Shown here one piece after another: positions 16,216-28,572 of a DNA stretch of 64,000 bases. Numbering within the stretch: position 1 is the first letter of the stretch; each line of letters starts with the position of its first letter. A program made the translations under genes and the position numbers. The DNA comes from the human T2T-CHM13v2.0 reference genome, Homo sapiens. The DNA lies in assembly GCF_009914755.1 (NCBI RefSeq), contig NC_060928.1; one strand, written 5' to 3'. The notes beneath the pieces were generated by a model. The model was not told the DNA's origin and searched no databases. It saw only the letters and a program-made list of their open reading frames with translations.

Positions 16216-16701
16216 AAGTATGCCAATGTAAATATTTGTAGTTGATTGGATAAGAATCATAGGTGAAAAGGGATTCTCTACAATGAAGGTCCCTGGATAT
16301 CATTCAATTCAAGAGGATAGCCACTAGGAAGTTCTCCTGGCAACTAGGTTAAAAATTTAGTGCTAATGTCTATATCTTGTATGTATTTGGTTTGCCCTCA
16401 TGATCTCTCAAGGCCTTGTAATGTTTTCTGAGGCAGATGTGGAGAATAATATGTGAATGATTCTTCTGCTGTTTTCCCAGATTCAGAGAAATCTGGAGAA
16501 GTGGTGCACAACAGAGTTAGAGAGTACATTTTCCCCAGCAAGTGGAGACTATTAAGAGACTTGTTATGAAGAGGCAAAGATAAGAGTCATCATTGTCTAA
16601 AAAAATCTTTCTCTAGATAACCCAAGTTCAAGCCACATGCCCATTATTTCTTAGGACCACAGAAGAGTGCTGCAAAAACTCCATGTAAAGAGGCATGTCT
16701 T

Positions 16702-16999
16702 GGCCAGGCACAGTGGCTCATGCCTGTAATCTAGCAGTTTGGGAGGCTGAGGTGGGCAGATCACTTCAGGTCAGGAGTTCAAGACCAGCCTGGGCAACAT
16801 GGCAAAACCCCATCTCTACTAAATATACAAAAAAATTAGCCAGGCTTGGGAGTGCATGCCTGTGGTCCTAGCTACTCGACAGGCTGAGGCATGAGAATCG
16901 CTTGAACCCAGGAGACGGAGGTTGCAGTGAGCCAAGATCACACCACTGCGCTCCAGCAGGGGCGAGACTCTGTCTCAATTAATCCATCAATCAATAAAA
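16702..16999 (+). mobile_element. Alu, AluS (Sz/Sx-like)
   Basis: Full dimer, gatcacttcaggtcaggagttcaagacc; TSD taaagaggcatgtctt (16686-16701) / taaagaggcatctctt (17000-17015). Confidence 0.95.
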
Positions 17000-17199
17000 T
17001 AAAGAGGCATCTCTTAAAAACTCTGTAGAGAAAGGTGAATAATTTATCCTATTTTTTTTTGCCATAAAGCTGGCTAGTATGTGCTTATGGCATTACTGCT
17101 AAAAGATAAGGTATGGAGATTGACCTGAAGCTCTTCGCTTGCTTGAGGGCCTTCCATACCATAGCATTTTCCACCAGAGGTAATTTTATACTTTTCACA

Positions 17200-17355
17200 T
17201 GATTATTTCATTAATACCTATGTCTTCCAATCAACCAAAAGTACCATGACAGTATACACCCTGTCTTATTGTATCATTTTATCCCCAGTAGCAAACTTGG
17301 TGTCTGATATTTAATACATATCCCATAAATATTTGCTGAATGAATTCATAAATTA
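17200..17355 (+). mobile_element. L2 3' end
   Basis: ttatccccagtagc...tgtctgatatttaatacatatcccataaatatttgctgaatgaat. Confidence 0.5.
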
Positions 17356-17554
17356 ATAAAAAAGAATGTATAACTCTGTCATCTATAATTCCCCCCAAAA
17401 TGTTCATACAACTGCACATATCAAATAACATGGATTTTAGTTGACAATTGTTCATATTTGCCACAAATAAAATAGTGAGGAACTTTAAAACCAGGAGACA
17501 TAATTAGGAACCACTATAGAGGATTTGTTAGTCTGTAAAGAAATGGCCAGTCTT

Positions 17555-17863
17555 GGCCGGGCGTGGTGGCTCACGCCTGTAATCCTGGCACTTTGGGAGG
17601 CTGAGGCGGGTGGCTCACGAGGTCAGGAGATCGAGACCATCCTGGCTAACACTGTGAAACCCCGTCTCTACTAAAAATACAAAAAGTTAGCCGGATGTGG
17701 TGGCGGGCGCCTGTAGTCCCAGCTACCGGGAGGTTGAGGCAAGAGAATGGCGTGAACCTGGGAGGCGGAGCTTGCAGCGAGAGGAGCTGGTGCCACTGTG
17801 CTCCAGCCTGGGCGACAGAGGAAGACTCCGTCTCAAAAAAAAAAAAAAAAAAAAAAAAAAAGA
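17555..17863 (+). mobile_element. AluY
   Basis: Y diagnostics gagaccatcctggctaacac, gaatggcgtgaacc, ggagcttgcag; long A tail; TSD aaagaaatggccagtc / aaagaaacagccagtc. Confidence 0.95.
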
Positions 17864-17966
17864 AAAGAAACAGCCAGTCCAGAGCTACTCAAGAAAGCAT
17901 GTTTCTACTCTTTTGTGTTTGAGGCAGGAGCTATTTTCTGATTGGTTTTTCTTTTACTATCACTAT

Positions 17967-18015
17967 TTAGGCTGGTGCAATGGCAAAAACCACAATTACT
18001 TTTCCACGAACCTAA
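17967..18015. mobile_element. MADE1 MITE with internal deletion
   Basis: ttaggctggtgcaa|tggcaaaaaccacaattacttttccacgaacctaa+TA; both outer TIR ends present, ~30 bp missing. Confidence 0.75.
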
Positions 18016-18416
18016 TAAAAGTATTCCACATTAAAGAATATTTTTTTAAAAGAAAAAAAGAGTAAACAACTAAACTTTTACTCTGTTAAATAAAACAAAA
18101 GCTACAGTAAAAATACAAAATCTGTCTTGACAGCACCACTACAGAGGTCCACATTTGGCTTATGGATGTGACTTATTCCCATATTAAAAAAAAGTTTTAT
18201 TAAAATTATCCATCCTCAGACATTGTAAAATAACATATGAAAATCCGAATTTTTTTTCTTTTGGTAAGTTGGAATGTCTGACTACCCTGAACTGTCTTCC
18301 TGGTGACATCCATCTACTCAGAGTTGTTGCCACTCTTTTTCAACAGAGGGTCAGGATCACATGCTCTCCAGTTACCCTAAAGTTTCCTCTACTTCTTATT
18401 GCCTTGTCTAAACCAA

Positions 18417-18909
18417 TGCTGGGGTCCATCCCACAGAACCTGACCCAGTGATGCATGAATAACATACACTGACACAGATATTCTGCCTGTCAGTTCGGCT
18501 AAGGGTCCGGGCCCCTCACAGACCCTAAGGAAGGTGCTGTAAAAAGTAGCAGCTGTGCCCCTGACTAGCTGGCCCTGCCAGCATTTATTCAGCATACATT
18601 AAATGACAAAGGCTTTGAGTCAACACACCTGTAGGTAATTAATTTGGTCACCCCTCCTCTCAGAGACCCATCCTGCCCGCGAATGATCAAAGGTTAGTTT
18701 TAGGACCACATGAGTAAACAAGCTATTTAGATAAACTCCCTTATATTCCTTTGTACCCACCTTAAGCTATTAAGTTAAGGATTAGGCTGCCTTCAGCCAG
18801 ATCTATTACTGGATCTTATGCAAACCCTCCAGCCTTTCAAGAAGGTGTGTGTCTATATCTTATAAGTTCATCTTAAAATTTTTCCAACTACAGTGACTGA
18901 TCCCCTACA
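18417..18909 (-). mobile_element. LTR22 (HERV-K HML-5) solo LTR
   Basis: TG...CA termini, 493 bp, gaataacatacactgacacagatatt motif, minus-strand aataaa at ~18583-18588, perfect 6-bp TSD aaccaa (18411-18416 / 18910-18915). Confidence 0.8.
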
Positions 18910-18984
18910 AACCAAGACAAAATTTCAGTTGTAATATTAAAAACAAATGAGATAATCATAGGATTTTTGTTTTTAATTCTGTTT

Positions 18985-20504
18985 GGTGATAAAAACTCTC
19001 AATTAACTAGGAATTGAAGAAACATACCTCAGAATAATAAAAGCCATCTATGACAAACCCACAGCCAATGTCATACTGAATGGGCAAAAGTTGGAATCAT
19101 TACCTTTGAGAAATGGAACAAGACAAGAATGCCCACTCTCACCACTCGTATTAACATAGTACTGAAAGTCCTAGCCAAAGCATTCAGGTAAGAGAAAGAA
19201 ATAAATGGCATCCTAATAGGAAAAGAAGAAGTCAAACTATCTCTCTTCACTTACAATATTATTCTATACCTAGAAAACTCTAAAGACTCCACTAAAAGGC
19301 TTCAAGAGCTAATAAACTATTTCAGTAAAGTTTCAGCATACAAAATCAGTGTACAAAAATCAGTAGCACTTCAGTACAGAAATAATGTTTAAGCTGAGAG
19401 CCAAGTCAAGAATACAATCCCATTTATAAGGGCCACAAAAATAAGACATATAGAAATATATTTATAAAGGAGGTGAAAGATCTCTACAAGGATAATGACA
19501 AAACACTGTTGAAATAAATCAAAAATAACACAAACAAATAAAAAAATCCGAGCTCATGGATTAGAAAAACCAATGTCATTAAAATGACCATATGCCTAAA
19601 GCAATCTACTGATTCAATGATATTTCTATAAAAATACCAATGTCATTTTTCACAGAATTAGAAAAAAACTATTCTAAAATTCGTATGGATCCAAAAAAAA
19701 CGCCTGAATCACTAAATCTAACCAAAAAGAACAAAGCCAGAGGCATCACTTCAAACTACACTGCAGGGCTACAGTAAACAAAACAGCTTGGTACTAGTAC
19801 AAAAACAGACACGTAGACAAATGGAACAGAATAGAAAAGTCAGAAATAAAGCCGCACACCGATAGCCATCTGATCTTCAACATAGTCAATAAAAGTAAGC
19901 AGTGGGAAAAGGACTTCCTATTCAATAAACGGTGCTGGTATAGTTGGCTAGCTATCTGCAGAAGAATGAAACTAGACTTTCACCTTATACAAAAATTAAC
20001 TCAAGATAAATTAAAGATTTAAATGTAAGATCTCAAACTATAAGAATCCCAGAAGAAAATCTAGGACACACCATTCTGGACATTGGCTTTGGGAAAGAAT
20101 TTATGATTAAGTCCTCAAAAGCAATTGCAACAAAAACAGAAATTGACAAGTGGGACCTAATTAAACTGAAGAGCTACTGCACAGCAAAAAGAACTATCAA
20201 CAGAATAAACAGACAACCTACAGAATCAGGGAAGATATTCACAAACTATGCATCTGACAATGGTCTAATAAAGGAACTTAGCAAGTAAAATTCAATAAGC
20301 AAAAAACAAGTAACCCCATTAAAAAGTGGGAAAAAGGCAAGAACAGATACTTCTCAAAACAAGCCATACAAGTGGATAACAAATACATGAGAAAATGCTC
20401 AACATCACCAATCATCAGAGAAATCCAAATAAAAACCACAATGAGATACTGTCTCATACCCGTCGAAGGGATATTATTAAAAAGTCAAAAAACAGCAGAT
20501 GTTG
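18985..20504 (+). mobile_element. LINE-1 ORF2 fragment (L1PA15/16 or L1PB class), lacking both ends
   Basis: atctatgacaaacccacagcc, ggaacaagacaagaatgcccactctcaccact, ORF piece [19 protein letters not shown]; no 3'UTR or tail. Confidence 0.9.
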
Positions 20505-21501
20505 ATCACAAAGAGTGGATTTATGGACCTAATTTTAGGTGTCAACTTTACTGGATTAAGGAACACCTAGAAACTTAATAAAGCATTATTTTGGGTGTGT
20601 CATTGAGGATGCCTCCAGAGGAGTTCAGCACGTGAATCTAAATGGACTAGTTGGGGAAGCTCTGCCCTCAGTGTTTGGTGGGCACCACAGAATTTACCAG
20701 GGGCCAGGAAATAACAAATATAGAAGGCAAATTGGTTTCTCTCTGAGAGCTGGAACAGACTTTTCTGCTGCTGCCTTGAACACAGAACTTCAGTCTCTCT
20801 GGCCTTCAGATTCCAGGAGCTATATCTGTGTCCCCACCACCTTGGGTCCTGAGACTTTTGGCCACAGACTGAGAGTGACACCATCAGATTCCTTGATTTT
20901 TAACATGAAAACATTAAAACTTCCTCAGTAAATAAAGAGATGTCTTTTTGTACCTCTGCATTTATGAAAGATAAAATTTCCCAAGATGTCATCTCACTGG
21001 GCTACTGCATATACAGTGGTGATCCATTGAACTTTTTGGTTGATCATATCAGAAGGCTTACATTACCCATCATGATATTTCAGATGACAACAGTTATAAA
21101 GTTGAGTACACACAACTGCCAACTATAGTGATATACATTTATATGTTTCACTTTTTGACCTACTTCTTTAGGAATACAGTTTGTCTGCTCATAACCATTA
21201 TGCCTGTGTGACTGTTCTAAATATACCTGGGAATTTATGCTTGCAAAAATATGTATGCTATTATTGCCTATTTCATTATGTCAAGTAGCGTATGAACTGT
21301 TCTGTCATGTTTTTATATGTTTCTCAAATAAGACCTCTTTTAAAAATATAAATAAATGTCTTTTAAATTTTTGGTTTCATTAGTTTTTTTAGAACTCTAT
21401 TTTTGGAATTTTGATCCTTCAGGATTGGGACTTTTGAGATTTTAGACTTCAAAGATTTTGATACTTTGGGATTTCACCATACAGGATTATGATCCAAACC
21501 C
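20499..21501 (+). mobile_element. Ricksha (MULE/MuDR non-autonomous DNA transposon, Ricksha_c-like) right part, carrying an MLT2/ERVL LTR
   Basis: MLT2-type sequence 20520-20900 (aattttaggtgtcaactttactggattaagg...) followed by AT-rich body and Ricksha-type terminus with ~15-16-bp subterminal repeats ending ggattatgatccaaaccc. Confidence 0.75.
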
Positions 21502-21869
21502 CTGGCAACCACCATTTTATTCTCTATTTCAATGAATTGTATTTATTATACAATGAATTTTTTCCTTTTTCATTCAGGCCTTCCTTAGCTTGATAAGCTT
21601 TGATGGGAGCACTATATGGATTCATGTTCCCTTTTCGGGTAGAGCAATGGCATAGGACCCAAACAGGACAGAGTAACAGATGGTATCAGTGGTATTGAAA
21701 GCTGTTTGCCAAAGTCATATATTTTATATTAGCAAGATCTGGAAAGTAGACTTGTGAGTCATTATCCTGTTGTTTTATCATTCCTGGAGTTTGGTTTGAA
21801 ATGATTTTTTTCCTAAGTAACCCCAGTGAAAATTAAACTTTACCAAGATGTTCTCTTCATTTTTAAATT

Positions 21870-23110
21870 AAAATGAATCCAACACATTTTATTAAGCACC
21901 TGCTGGGACTAACTCCTCTGTGATGAATGCCAAAGAGAGAACACGACTTGCCCTTGAAAATCCTGGATTTAGAGAGAATCTCCAAGCCACATTTCCTCAT
22001 CCATAAAACGAAGTTAGTTTCGTCTAGCCCTAACCTCTTCGTATTTCCGTGACAGAAAAAAGATAATAATGCAAATCAATTTCTAATCACATATATAGGA
22101 CAATGTAGGTATCAAACAGGAAAAAAATATTTTATTTAAAAAAATATGATTTGAAGTTTAGACTCAAGGCAACTCACAGAGATAGAAATAAATTTGAATG
22201 TAAAAAAGATGAAAGAAAAATTGGTTTAACATTTTAGAGGATTCGTGTTGGAGGTATACTGAAACCTTTGGTTAAATAAAATAGAGTCCATTAAAAAAAG
22301 ACTTTGGATATTTGGCTATGAAATTAGACATAAAACTGATAGACAATGGATTACTGAGAAAGGGTACAATATCAAGAAATTTGTGTTTGAAGAAAACAAT
22401 AACTTAATAGCACTATGAATGAGTAGGTGGCCAAGGATAAGTAAATAAACTATACGTTTTTCTCTTTAGGCTTGAACTAGTAAGTTCTTAGATTTTGTGG
22501 GAACAGTGAAGAATTAAAAGCATTGTCATCAGAGAAAATGTGGAGAGTATGATGTATTTTATACATTCAGGTAAGTGACAAAGAAGATAAAGGTGTTTTA
22601 TCAAGTGGAATAAAGAAAGGATCAAGCAAAGACAAATTTGTTATATTTAAAGTGCTGGAAATATCCCTGCGGAGATGTCCTGTAAATCGAATTGGAAACT
22701 TATAGGACATGAAGGTTTAGACCACAGATTTAAAAGGAAGATAGGACGAGTTCGATTCTCCAGTCTGTGTCATTCTGGCTATTTGTCTGTGGGAAATTTT
22801 CCTATAAATATAACTCTGTGTTACAATAAGGGCTGAAGATAACTATTGGTGAGGCATTAGCATAAGACTGATAAAACAGACCAAGAAAATGAACTGGTGG
22901 AAGGGGCCCATGTGGAGCAAGAAAAGTATGGGTCCAATGACCAGGCTGTTAAGAACACCCAGGAAATAAAAAGAGTACAGAATACAAATAAGAGGAGCAC
23001 AGAATGAGCAGAAATTTGGAAGTACATATATGAAGACAGGGAAGGAAAGGGAAGGGGAAGAATCTAGAAGGAACATATAAGAGTGAAAATGGTATTGAGA
23101 GGTTGAGGCA
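21870..23110 (-). mobile_element. Highly degraded L2 fragments (with a short MIR piece ~21985-22035)
   Basis: aatgaatccaacacatttttattaagcacctgct (antisense L2 end); purine-rich L2-like text gaaatatccctgcggagatgtcctgtaa. Confidence 0.4.
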
Positions 23111-23348
23111 GATAAGAATAACTCACTCAAAGTGGCTAAAATATTATCATGAGAGTTTAAATGTAATTGTGGGAAAAGAGACTATATAATTCTAAGTTAA
23201 AACATGGTGAATAATAAGAGAAATAGAAACTGAAAGTTTATAGCATTGATTTAAGAAGATCAGGCCAATAGCGTATGCTTGGAATCTTGGAAGTTATGAG
23301 CATTCAAACGCCATCCAACTTTTGGATTGCTCTCACATTTCTTTTGTC

Positions 23349-23780
23349 ATTCATAGAAACAAAAGTAACTCCATCTTGGATACCAATCCATGACTTCTAA
23401 CCCCTAGGACCCTGAGTGCTTTCTGATTCCTATGTTATTCACTGTCCTTAGTATAGAACATGTCAAACTTGATGTTTTTGCACAAATTATAGATTATAAT
23501 GCACACAACATTCTTGCCTGTTCTGGGGGGTTCTTTTTAAATTGTCTTCCTGGAGCACGAGCACTCTTTCGCTATGGTATATAGCCCTGGGTCTCAGAAT
23601 TAACACTGTGGGGATCCATTATACCTGTCTTGCTGCCACACAAGACTATGCTCCTGTCTGTAAGTTTCCCCAACCAAACACCCTTTGTCGACAAACTGGA
23701 TTCGTCTGCCTTGTTCGTTGGTTTCTCAGCAACTTCAACATTTGGGGGCTGCTTTGTATATACAGCTCTTTCATTATATT
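23349..23780 (+). mobile_element. LTR47B-like (ERVL) solo LTR
   Basis: aaaagtaactccatcttggat, gcacaaattatag, ctatggtatatagccctgggtct (TATA region), gacaaactggattcgtctgcc, catttgggggctgctttg. Confidence 0.75.
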
Positions 23781-23959
23781 CTATGAAAAAAATCGGTGAT
23801 TCTTCATTGTTGCATAATTTATTGTAAATGGTATATTTGGTATTGTAAAATTTTGTCCTAAAGGGGACAAAAGAATAAGAGAAACTGAGTTTGAGGGTGC
23901 TTACTCTATCCTTCCTATGGTACTGATTCGTTTACGTCAAGAGGCAATGATTATCCCAT

Positions 23960-24200
23960 AACTATAAGTAAGAATTCCTGACTCAGACTGCTTGGGTATG
24001 AAAGTTGTCCCTGCAACTTTTCAGATGTATAATCACGAAAATGTCAACATAATGCCTCAGTTTTCTCATCTATAAAATGGGGGAAATAATGTTGCTTACC
24101 TTATGGGATGTTATGGGCATAAATTAAACTAATACAAACGGAACACTTAGAAGAGTATGTTGTACACAGTGAGCTCTCAATAAATGTTTGTTATTATTAC
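23960..24200 (+). mobile_element. MIR
   Basis: tcagactgcttggg...gcctcagttttctcatctataaaatggg...ctcaataaatgtt. Confidence 0.8.
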
Positions 24201-27200
24201 CAGATAGCTCACTTATTTCTCATAGTAATCCTTATGCCTTAAAATCTTTTAGCTTTTTAATATGGCTCACTTAATATTTTTATTCAATGTATCATATAAT
24301 AAAATAGGTGTTTATAGGTTTGTAAATCAGTCTCCTAAACTTAAGTTATTACATTGGTTTGTCTGAATATTGGCTCAAATAAATCTAAGCACACCATGAT
24401 ACTCACTATATGTACTATATTAATCATAATCTAATATAGATTGAAAATGACAGTAATAATTACAGGTTTTGTTTAAAATAATAATCTAAAGTGTAGACAA
24501 ATATTAGCAATATATATGTAATAGGACTTTATTAATTTATTTATCATTTTATAAACCCAGTTGCCTTGAAGGTATATGGGTTTAGTTTACTAAAGATCCC
24601 TTTGTAAAGGTGAGCACTATTTATTAAGATACAGTAGGTGTGTGAAATGAGTTGAAATGTTCATTATAATAAGAAAAAGATAAGATGGAGGAAAGGAGAG
24701 GAAGGGGGAAAGTAAATCGGTAGAAGGAAAAACACAGAAAAACCAAACAAGGTTGCAAATGCCTTTCATTCTGTAGTGTGATCCTCTCTATCACACCTAA
24801 AACATCACTGAATTTTATTTATTGAATAATTCTTGTCTTTTATTTAATATTCACATTAAAGCAAGACAAAATAGACTCTAGGTAACAAGTGAAAAAAGTT
24901 CTTGAAGCACTTTTCAGTAGTTTACGAAATCTCTGGGAAGCTGAAGAAACTATGTCTGAAAATAGGCAGAAACAAATGAAAGCTGAATGGACCAAATCAA
25001 AACCAAATCACACCACAAAATTCATAAACTGCTGCTTCCATAGATCAATAAATGCAGCTGTCAGGCATGTGGTTGTCACCACTGGTTGGGGGAATTGGAT
25101 TCTGGTGGTGACAGTTTTGACGATGCTGGGCCTGGAGCTGGGTGTTACTGCTGCCGCTCATTTAAAAATGAATTCTCCACCACTTATACTTCTTTGTGTC
25201 ACTGGCTCCATGTGTAGATACAATTGACTGGACAAACCAGTACTTTCTTCTGCCCATACACTAGCTGCCAGAAATTTCAAAAAAAACTCATAGATAGGCA
25301 TTAAGCACGTCATCAAAGCAAAAGTGTCATATCCTGGGAAATCTATAGAAATGTCTATTAGACCTTTTTGACATTGAATTAATTTTGTTGGCGACAGTTG
25401 GGAAGGAAATGTTCATGTAAATGAAGTAAAATTTGTCATGGACAGATATGACCTTGACAATGTATATCTTCCTGGGAACCCATAGAAATCTTGAGACGGA
25501 CTTTGGATAAACCTAGGTAGCAGAATCAAGGGTTCAAAGATGTCAGGGAGTTGTTTTACGTTTTTTCCAAGGTGGTGGACTGAAGACATTGTTAGTATGT
25601 GTCTCCCACTTGGAAAGACAAAATATTGTGTAGAGATTCATGCTGTGAACTTTTTTCCAAGAAGCACCACAGGAACTTAAAAGGAAAACTGAAAGAAGCC
25701 ACAGACCCTTTGAAAGAAGTGGCCAGCAGCAGCCTAGACCATAAGCCAGGAAGAAAACTGTGAGTCCCAGAGTGGGAGAGGGAGAGAGACTGCCTGTGTG
25801 ATATACTCTCCCATTGGTGAACCTGGCAATCCAGGTTAACCCTATGCAGTCCTAGAGCTGATTTAGTGAGTGGTGGGGAGTATATGAGGAGGGGTGGCAC
25901 TGGGATATGCTTTGAATGCACTCCCAGACTCCAGCAGGATCAGAGGAAAGACGTTCCTGATCCTACCTCACAGGGGACCTCACAGAAGTCAGCCAGTTAA
26001 TTCAGGCAGTGGTTATAGGTGGAGAGAAGCTCCTGACTGAGATGTGCAATATAATCTTGTGTGGGAATGAACCCCCTTGGCCAGAACCAAGGGGTGAGTG
26101 GGGAGTGTGCTATAGTCATGGGCAGTACTGGCTACATGGATGAACCTAGAGGGGCATGGTGTGAATGACAATTTCTGTCTTCCTGGGAATGGCTTATGGC
26201 CTGGGGCATTTTTGAGTTCTGAGCACAGGCTGCCTGGAACCACAATAGCTGCTGCTAATGGAACACTGTGGGTGTGAGATCTGCCTTTCCAAGTGAGTGG
26301 CAGCAAGGTGGGGCTTACTGCCACCTGCTAACCCCACTCCCCTTGCAGATCCTTTTGTGCAGCAGAGGCAGCTGTGCTCCTCCATGGAACATCACACCAG
26401 TAGCCAGATAATTGCCCTCCAATTCCGATTACGCCCATTGCTTTCACCCCCAGGTGGGGAGCCAGAGCATAGATTGCCCGGCCCAGCCCCCGCCTGGCTT
26501 TGCCCCTACACCCTCCCTGGTAGCTTAACACAACGGACAGGGACTTTTGGGAACTCCATCGCCCTGCCCACTGCCAGAGTACTTACCTTGGGTAACGTAA
26601 GGCAAGCACAAATCTCACCACTACCACCGCAGCTGGCTCTCATTTGCAAGTTTCACCTCTTGGCGGGAGGCCAGCGGACACAGTCCATTACGGCATCTGC
26701 AGCACAGTAACTGGGCCCAAGAAGGAGAAAACTTTTGTGCAACCGCAGCTGTCACCACTGACTACACCACTCTGACTAACCAGAAGGTCTCGAGTCTTTC
26801 CACCTAACCAATACATTACCACTGCTGTTGGCATTTGAGACAGCCAAAACACTAAGGCTATTTATAACCAAGGAAATTTCACAAGAGTCTACATCACTCC
26901 CAAGTCCAAGGTAACCTACATCAGAACTGGTGTTGGTAACTGCTGCTGGGGGACTAGAGGACAGATCACATCACTGGACCCCTTGCAGACATTCCCCAGT
27001 ACAAGCCTGGAGTTTGGCAGCCACAGTGGGCAGCTAGACTGAGAGGAGCAGCAGGATTCACGGTAGTCTGGCCCTCAGGGACTTCTACTCCTAGGGGAAA
27101 GAGGAGTGCACCACATCAAAGGAGCACCTTATGGAGCAAAAGAATTCGGACTGCCAGCCTTGAACCCCAGAACTCTCCACCTGTGGGAAGTTTCTTTCAG

Positions 27201-28450
27201 CAGAGGCCCAGGTGCAGTGCTGGACTTGGTGGGGAAAGTCTCCATCTCTACCCCAAAGTCAGGTAACCGTGGTCTCATGACGTGTCTTGGAGAAGGGGAT
27301 TTCTTCTTCCCCTCATGCACCATTACAGAAACAGCTGGGCATCTCCCATAGGAGCTTGGTGGGTGCACCTGTGGACAACCTTTTTGGAACATCTCAGGGT
27401 AACTGCATCCCCACAGGAGGAATGCCCTCCAGGTTCAAGCTTGCACAAGGGGTAGAGTCACAATCCCTCTCTACATGGAACATAAGCATTCCTGCAGATG
27501 AAAAGAAGTGTCTGTCTGATCTGAATAGCTACAATTCTTGATCAAGAGTGTCATTTGGAGATGGATTGCTTTCCTGCTGTTCTGATAGGGAAGCTGAGGT
27601 GGTTCCCTCCCTTCCTCCTGAAAAGAACAAGATGTGTTTCACTGAGAGATATGCACAGCTACCTCTGTCAAGGCTGGAACTTATGTCATCCATTGGGTAT
27701 TGGAATTATCCACCTGCTTCTGCTTTAGCCACGACCTTTACCTGTGGACACCTCCTACTGGCCTAAAGCCTGAACTTCAACCCTGTGAATAAAATACTGG
27801 AAAATAAATAAATAAGTGCACCACTAGGGAGCAAGATATGCTTCATGACACTTCGGTCATTTTGGCCCATAGGAGACAGCTAACCTGCTCACATACTGAG
27901 CACATTGCTACTACAATAAGCATCTGAGAAAGCCATCATACAAAGACTTCCTATAACCACGGTACTTTACAGATTCTTCACTTGCTGAAGGTAATCCAGA
28001 ACCAAGTTAGGTTACAATAAACTATAAATATTAAAGTCACATCCTCAAGGGGCAAAAAATTAAATTACAAAGAAACACAGATGAATCAAAAATAAATGCA
28101 GAAATAATTAGATAATAATCCTCTCTATCCTGATGAGAAGGAACCAGAAAAATAATTCTGGCAATACGATAAAACAATATTCTATAACACCTCTAAAAGA
28201 TCACACTAGCTCTCCAGCTATGAATCCAAACCAAGATGAAATATTTGAAATAACAAATACAGAATTCAAAATGTTGATTATTAAGTTACTCAAGGAGATA
28301 TAAGAGAAAGGTGAAAATCAACACAAAGAAATTAAAAAATTTATAGGATATAAATTAAAAATTTTCAAAAGAGTTAGATATTTTAAATAAAAAACATCAG
28401 AACATTTGGAAATTTAAAAAACACATGTAGGGAATTAAAAATTCGGTGAA

Positions 28451-28572
28451 AAGAACAGAAGGGAGAAGTCTGCCCCCATGATCCAATCACATCCTCCCAG
28501 GCCCCTCCTCCAATACTGGGAATTACAGTTCAACATGAAATTTGTGTGAGGACACAGAGTCAAGCCCTAACA
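28451..28572 (-). mobile_element. MST (MaLR) LTR remnant, 5' ~120 bp only
   Basis: cccccatgatccaatcac...ccaggcccctcctccaatactgggaattacagttcaacatgaaatttg. Confidence 0.8.

Noticed and set aside
17695-18065. Lys-rich ORFs
   Set aside because: Alu right arm plus poly-A tail read-through.
21405-21501. Short regularly spaced repeats resembling an array
   Set aside because: Ricksha subterminal repeats without unique spacers; not CRISPR, and the DNA is primate.
24889-25227. 112-aa ORF in non-L1 DNA
   Set aside because: GTG start, no recognisable domain or exon structure; likely chance ORF over an old LTR-like relic.
25560-28130. GC-richer 2.5-kb region with many short ORFs, resembling a promoter or gene
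   Set aside because: It is the L1PB 5'UTR, CpG-depleted, not a CpG island; the ORFs have no coherent protein signal.
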